A DNA stretch of 64,000 bases from Cystobasidiomycetes sp. EMM_F5. Its lineage: Eukaryota. This document shows, in pieces, positions 56,969 to 64,000 of the stretch (positions within the stretch are counted from its first letter, which is position 1; every line of letters begins with the position of its first letter). The notes beneath the pieces are model-generated. The model was given only the letters and a program-made list of their open reading frames with translations, ran no database searches and had not been told where the DNA came from. The DNA is taken from assembly GCA_051047955.1 (NCBI GenBank), contig JBPGPT010000009.1, positions 434,001 through 498,000 of the forward strand, written 5' to 3'. Both the position numbers and the translations under genes were made by a program.

Positions 56969-58794
56969 ATGGACGCTTGGGAGGATGACCTGCTCGCGCT
57001 GGCCGAGGAGCCGGTCAAGCCCAAGAAGAAAAAGTCCAAGAAACGGAAACGCGAAGAGAAAGAGTGCGCTGAGACTGGACACGGCAAGGGCATGAGTAGC
57101 AGCAGACGTGCTGAGAGCTGTGTTGGGTCACGCCATGCAGGGATTCCGCATCAGACATGGAATTGTCGGCTGGCTCGGACGCCGAAGTCAAGGGCGAAGA
57201 CGATGCGGACGGCAAAACAAAAGATAGTTACGATGACCATAGTAATGGCCAGAGTGGCATGGAGCCTGCAAACATGTACCCTCTCGAAGGGCTTTACAAG
57301 GATTCAAAAGACAAAGAACGGTTCGTTAATTGAGGGAATAGCAGTAGTATTGTACTGACAGATATACGACAAATGAGAACAGCATCATGAACATGACAGA
57401 GCTGGAACGGGAGTCTATCCTCGACGAACGGCGCACGCAGATGGAGCAGTATCATAATCGTCAACTCTTGAAGGCAATGGTAGCCAATACTGGCGGAGCT
57501 GAGGAATCCGACGAGGAAGCAGATAAGCCAACACGGCGGGCGACAAGGTCATCAAAGTCTAAGCAGCTAGATGAACTAAAACGTAGACGGAAGGCAAAGA
57601 CGGAAAAAACGCAAAAGGCGGCCAAGGGAGATGATGGCTGGGGCGACAGCGATGTGGAGAACAAAGGTCATCGCTCTTCTTCGGACGCAGCGTCTGGTGA
57701 GGAGGACGCAGAGTACGACTCAGACAACCGCAAAACCGGGTCCAAGAAAGACAAGGACAAAGAGGTCGTCGTGCCAGCTACCAAGGACGAGCTGCACCGA
57801 ATTGTGCTTCCAAGGAGAAAACTCGCCTACTACTGGCCTACGCCAATGTTCGCAGAATACGTCACTGGAGCGTATGTGCGGATTGGCGTTGGGATGGCTA
57901 ACAACGAGCGCACGTATCGGCTAGCCCAAATCGCCGGAGTATCCGAAAACAAGTCTTCGAAGCCATATCAGCTAGAACAGCATTATACCGATACTAAGCT
58001 AGTGCTTGCAATCGCCGCCACGAAGAAGGATTTCACCATGGAGAACATCAGTAACGGGGAAGTGACCGATGTACGGACAGCGCCACCCTGAAAGAGCCGT
58101 ATATCCCAGTACTGATGGACGTACCTGCAGCGGGAATATGCGAGATTAATAGCTGAACTACAGCATGCCAAAGTGAAGCCACCCACAGCCAAGGTCGTCG
58201 AGAACAAGCGGAAAGTTCTGGACAAGTATCGCGATTACGGCTGGACAGATGCGGACCTCAATGTGGTCCTACAAAAGAAGCGTTTATTACCAACCTCATT
58301 CGATATCCACTCTCGTCATAACCTGACCGCTGAACGGGATATAGCAGTGCGAGCTGGAAACGCTGAGGAAGTCAACCGGTTAGACAACTTGATAGGAACG
58401 CTTGGCGGTGATATGCCATTGGCACGCTCAGATCCGCTTCCGCCCAAAACCGATCTCGCTGGCTCTTCCGTGGGAAAGGGAAACGGTACTCTCGAGGATC
58501 GAAGGAGAATGCTAGCATCTGGAATGGCACTTACCAATCCCAAAGCTATGTCGGGAAAGCTTACCAGTGGCTCATCCAAGTACGCCATCTGAATTTAGTA
58601 CTCATGCTCAGCAAACTGACAGCTTCTTTAGGCCGGGTTCCGGTGCCACTACGCCGCAGCGGGGCCAGACTAGTAACGGTGCAGGAGCAAAGGCTCTTGC
58701 CACTACTTCCCCTAGCCAAGCACAACAGCAAGGTCAAACTAGATTCCAAGAGATGCTGGCGGCCAAGGTGGACATAGACTTAGGCGAATTCTGA
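56969..58794 (+). CDS. RTF1: PAF1-complex subunit Rtf1 (Plus-3 domain)
   Basis: EDDLLALA, MYPLEGLYKD, MTELERESILDER, GAYVRIGVG....RTYRLAQI and C-terminal VDIDLGEF*. Confidence 0.9.
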
Positions 58795-58909
58795 CTGCTC
58801 CCGCCGCAATGCTCGGGTTGGTATAAAATGCAGTGCGTGATGTTGTACGTTCCACCAACCATATTTACAATAAATGATTATAACAGCGTTGCACATCCTC
58901 ATCCTATTT

Positions 58910-61123
58910 TTACAACTTGGCCTGACGCTCCGGCCTGAGGCCTTCTTTCTTGGCCTGCTCTCGCAGTATCCGCCTCAAAAGCTTGCCTGATGGACTTTTA
59001 GGGATAGCCTCAATGAATCGTACGCCACCACGCAATTTCTTGTGCGGTGCAACCTTCTTGCCAACCCAGTCTTCGATTTCTTTGGCCAGACCAGGCTTAG
59101 ATGCGTCCTTCGGGTCTCGCAGTACAACGTAGCCAAGCGGGAGCTCGGTACTCTGACTGTCGTCCCAGATACCCACAACTCCGGCATCTACGAATATGAG
59201 GTGTCTAAGCTTTGGCGGCAGCGTATGAGGAGATTTACTAACCGACTATTAACGGATGCGTGAGCAGGATCTCTTCTAATTCTGCTGGAGGCGTCTGGAA
59301 GCCTGTAGACAAGAATTGCGTCGACATCACCGCCACAATTGTAGCACCGTCTCAGCTCACCTTTGTATTTGATGAGTTCCTTGATACGGTCGGTGATATA
59401 CAACCAGCCATCCTCATCCATTCGTCCGATGTCTCCCGTCCGAAGCCAGCCATCTTCCACCAAGGTCTCCTTTGTGGCGTCTGGCCGGTTGATATACTTG
59501 ATTGCACCAGCAAAATGCATTAGCACGTCTGTCAGTACGCGCGAAGGGTCTGGCTCCTTACTCCTTTCATAATGATTGGCCCTTTCATCCATATTTCGCC
59601 CTCGTCGCCAATATTTGGCATGTCCTTCAGGGTAACAGGGTCGACAATCCGACCCTGTACGTTTGGCAGGAGTTTGCCAGCACCGCCGAGTCGTGCCTGG
59701 TCATATGGTCCGTAGTGCGAGGTGGGAGAACTTTCCGTCATGCCGTATGCCTGAGTAACATAGCACTTGACACGCTTCTGCAAACGACGGTGTAGTTCGG
59801 GACCTAATGGGGCCGCTCCGCTTAACATGTACTTCATACTAGACAAATCGTATTTGTCGACAATCGGATCTGAGAGGTTGACGATCGCTCAGCGATGCAC
59901 ATCCTGCAGGTCGATGAATATGCCACTTACCGTTCGCCAGCAGAAGCGCGACTGGAGGCACGATCAACATCATGGAGCAACGATACTTTTCAATGTATGA
60001 TAAGCAAGACTCTGTGTCCCATCTCGGCACAATGACAGTTGTCTGTCCTTCAAGAACGGGTAAGTGTGTTATTTTGGTGAGGCCGTAAATATGCGAGAGC
60101 GGAAGGAAGGCCAGGTGGATATCGTCCTTGTTTCCCATAAAACAATATAGCCCGCTTAGAACGCTGGTCATGTTGTACACTGAATTGAAAGGAAAATTAA
60201 AATGTAAGCCCACCGTGATCATTTGTTCTATTAATTCGGCCGGCTGACCTGTTGTCATTACCCCCTTCGCAACTCCAGTCGTTCCAGATGAATAGCACAA
60301 GTAGGCAAGATCTTGTGTCGGATCTGTAAAGACGTGTGGCTCGAGTATCTGAGGACCGAACAGATCGTCCAGGGTCTTGTAACCTTGAACGTCTGTCTCG
60401 TGTTTACGGCATGCCAATACTATCCGGTCTTTGCGAGTCTTGGGATCCCACTTGGACGTAGCCTCGAGCACAACGGGCAAGACTGCCGGGGCACACAGAA
60501 CAAGTCTGGCTCCCGAGTCATTGACTTGGTGAGCTAATTCTGTTGACGTGTATGCGGCGTTTGCTGGAGAAACGACCGTCCCAGCACACATGCTGTACGA
60601 AGAGGTAGAGTGGTCAATCGACATCCGACTCATGACACATTGCAACGCACCCTGCAAGACATATCATGGAATAGTACAAGCTGTTTGGAGAGATCAAGCA
60701 GAAAACCTACAGCGAAAGGGAGCATCACAGTCACGCATCAGCAGGGTAAAGCTAGCTTATTACCATACGTAGTTTGCGCACTTCTCCAGGCTGAAGACCA
60801 AGCGTGTGCCGCAACCCGTAAGCAAGGCGTTGACACCCATCTTTCAATTCTTTCCGTGTCAGCTTTTCCCCGGTTGGAGCGTAAATGATGGCAGTCTTGT
60901 CGTCCGGAACATCTGTTTAGGGTGTGTGATTCAGCATGATCCACAGGTGTATCTATCGCAACTTCCGTCCTCACTGTTCTTATTGCTCCAAACGTATTCA
61001 AACAAGCCTCGCTTGGGATAAAGCGGCGCCGGATCCCACTGTCGAAGAGTCGAGATCAGCTATTCAAGATTGCAGCAAGTCAGGTATTCGCGAGCTTGCC
61101 GTCGACTTGAATATCCTGCCCAT
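58910..61123 (-). CDS. 4-coumarate-CoA-ligase-like adenylate-forming enzyme with PTS1
   Basis: [60 protein letters not shown], ending in AKL*. Confidence 0.93.
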
Positions 61124-61437
61124 GTCTGCGTCAGCTGTTAGTCTGCATTCAAGCCTCGTCCACCAGCATGCAATTGGAACACTCGGTACTGTTCATCGGC
61201 GAACCGTCGGCAAAAGACCGGGCCGAGGCACCGCGGGGTCCCGCAAATCCGGAAATCCTCCGCAGAAGCTGCAATTAACACATCTTGATTGGCTTCATTC
61301 AGCAAGAGAGACTTTCACTGTGTCTGCTGGACTGAATGAAGCTCTCAACCACAATCCAGAAATCTATTCAAAATATGCGTCTTTTGTCCGGCAGTCACAT
61401 TATCCATACAGATAAATCTAGCATGATGCGTCAACCC

Positions 61438-63628
<2,191 letters not shown>

Positions 63629-64000
63629 GGTGCAGACTGCTGCTTCAGTTGGTGCTGAAGCGTCGCAGAAAATCTCAATGGCAGAGAGGTTTAGCTCGTC
63701 CCTGTCAGCGGTGCCGGATCCAGAAAGGGGCTGGCAACGATCAAACGGGCAGGCAAACAGGTTTAAAAAGGGCAACACGGAGGAACGCGCAGAGGATTTG
63801 TGACTAGTCTGACTCGTACAATAGGGGACTTAGGTCTATATCTACTTGGAAGCGCGAAGAAAGAACGGCACAAAAAGCGGATAAAAGACGTGGCAATGGG
63901 ATATCTACTGCGTCTGCGGACTTGTTCGTATCAGACGATTCCTTCGCTCTTACGATATTCCGTAAAGACATCGATTGGGCAAAGATGCTTCTGCAGTTGT

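Overview
This is a gene-dense, intron-rich eukaryotic (fungal) window with short GT-AG introns and CTRAC-type branch sites. The proteins look basidiomycete, and Pucciniomycotina is an inference only. I read 26 protein-coding genes after splicing by eye. In order they are: Cps3/Lee1-type CCCH protein (truncated at the left edge), Tti2, Oxr1/TLDc, TOR kinase, arginyl-tRNA synthetase, GNAT, GT32 glycosyltransferase, GINS Psf1, Rpl7, Vps9, DUF2235 hydrolase, two tandem Zn2Cys6 factors, two hypothetical proteins, a very large class-2 DYRK (Pom1-like) kinase, three tandem orphan paralogs, Gar1, a third Zn2Cys6 factor, peptidase M50B-like, arrestin-like, Rtf1, a peroxisomal 4CL-like ligase and Slt2/Mpk1 MAPK. 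The main highlights are: (1) an intronless tandem triplet of unrecognised ~300-aa proteins with a two-fold internal repeat and a mosaic history; (2) a dual-guide C/D snoRNA in RPL7 intron 1; (3) a probable CUG-initiated mitochondrial ArgRS isoform; (4) Tti2 located two genes from its client TOR; (5) distant branch points in TOR, RPL7 and GAR1 introns. I saw no transposon, CRISPR array, tRNA or rRNA. Exon boundaries were read manually and are unverified.
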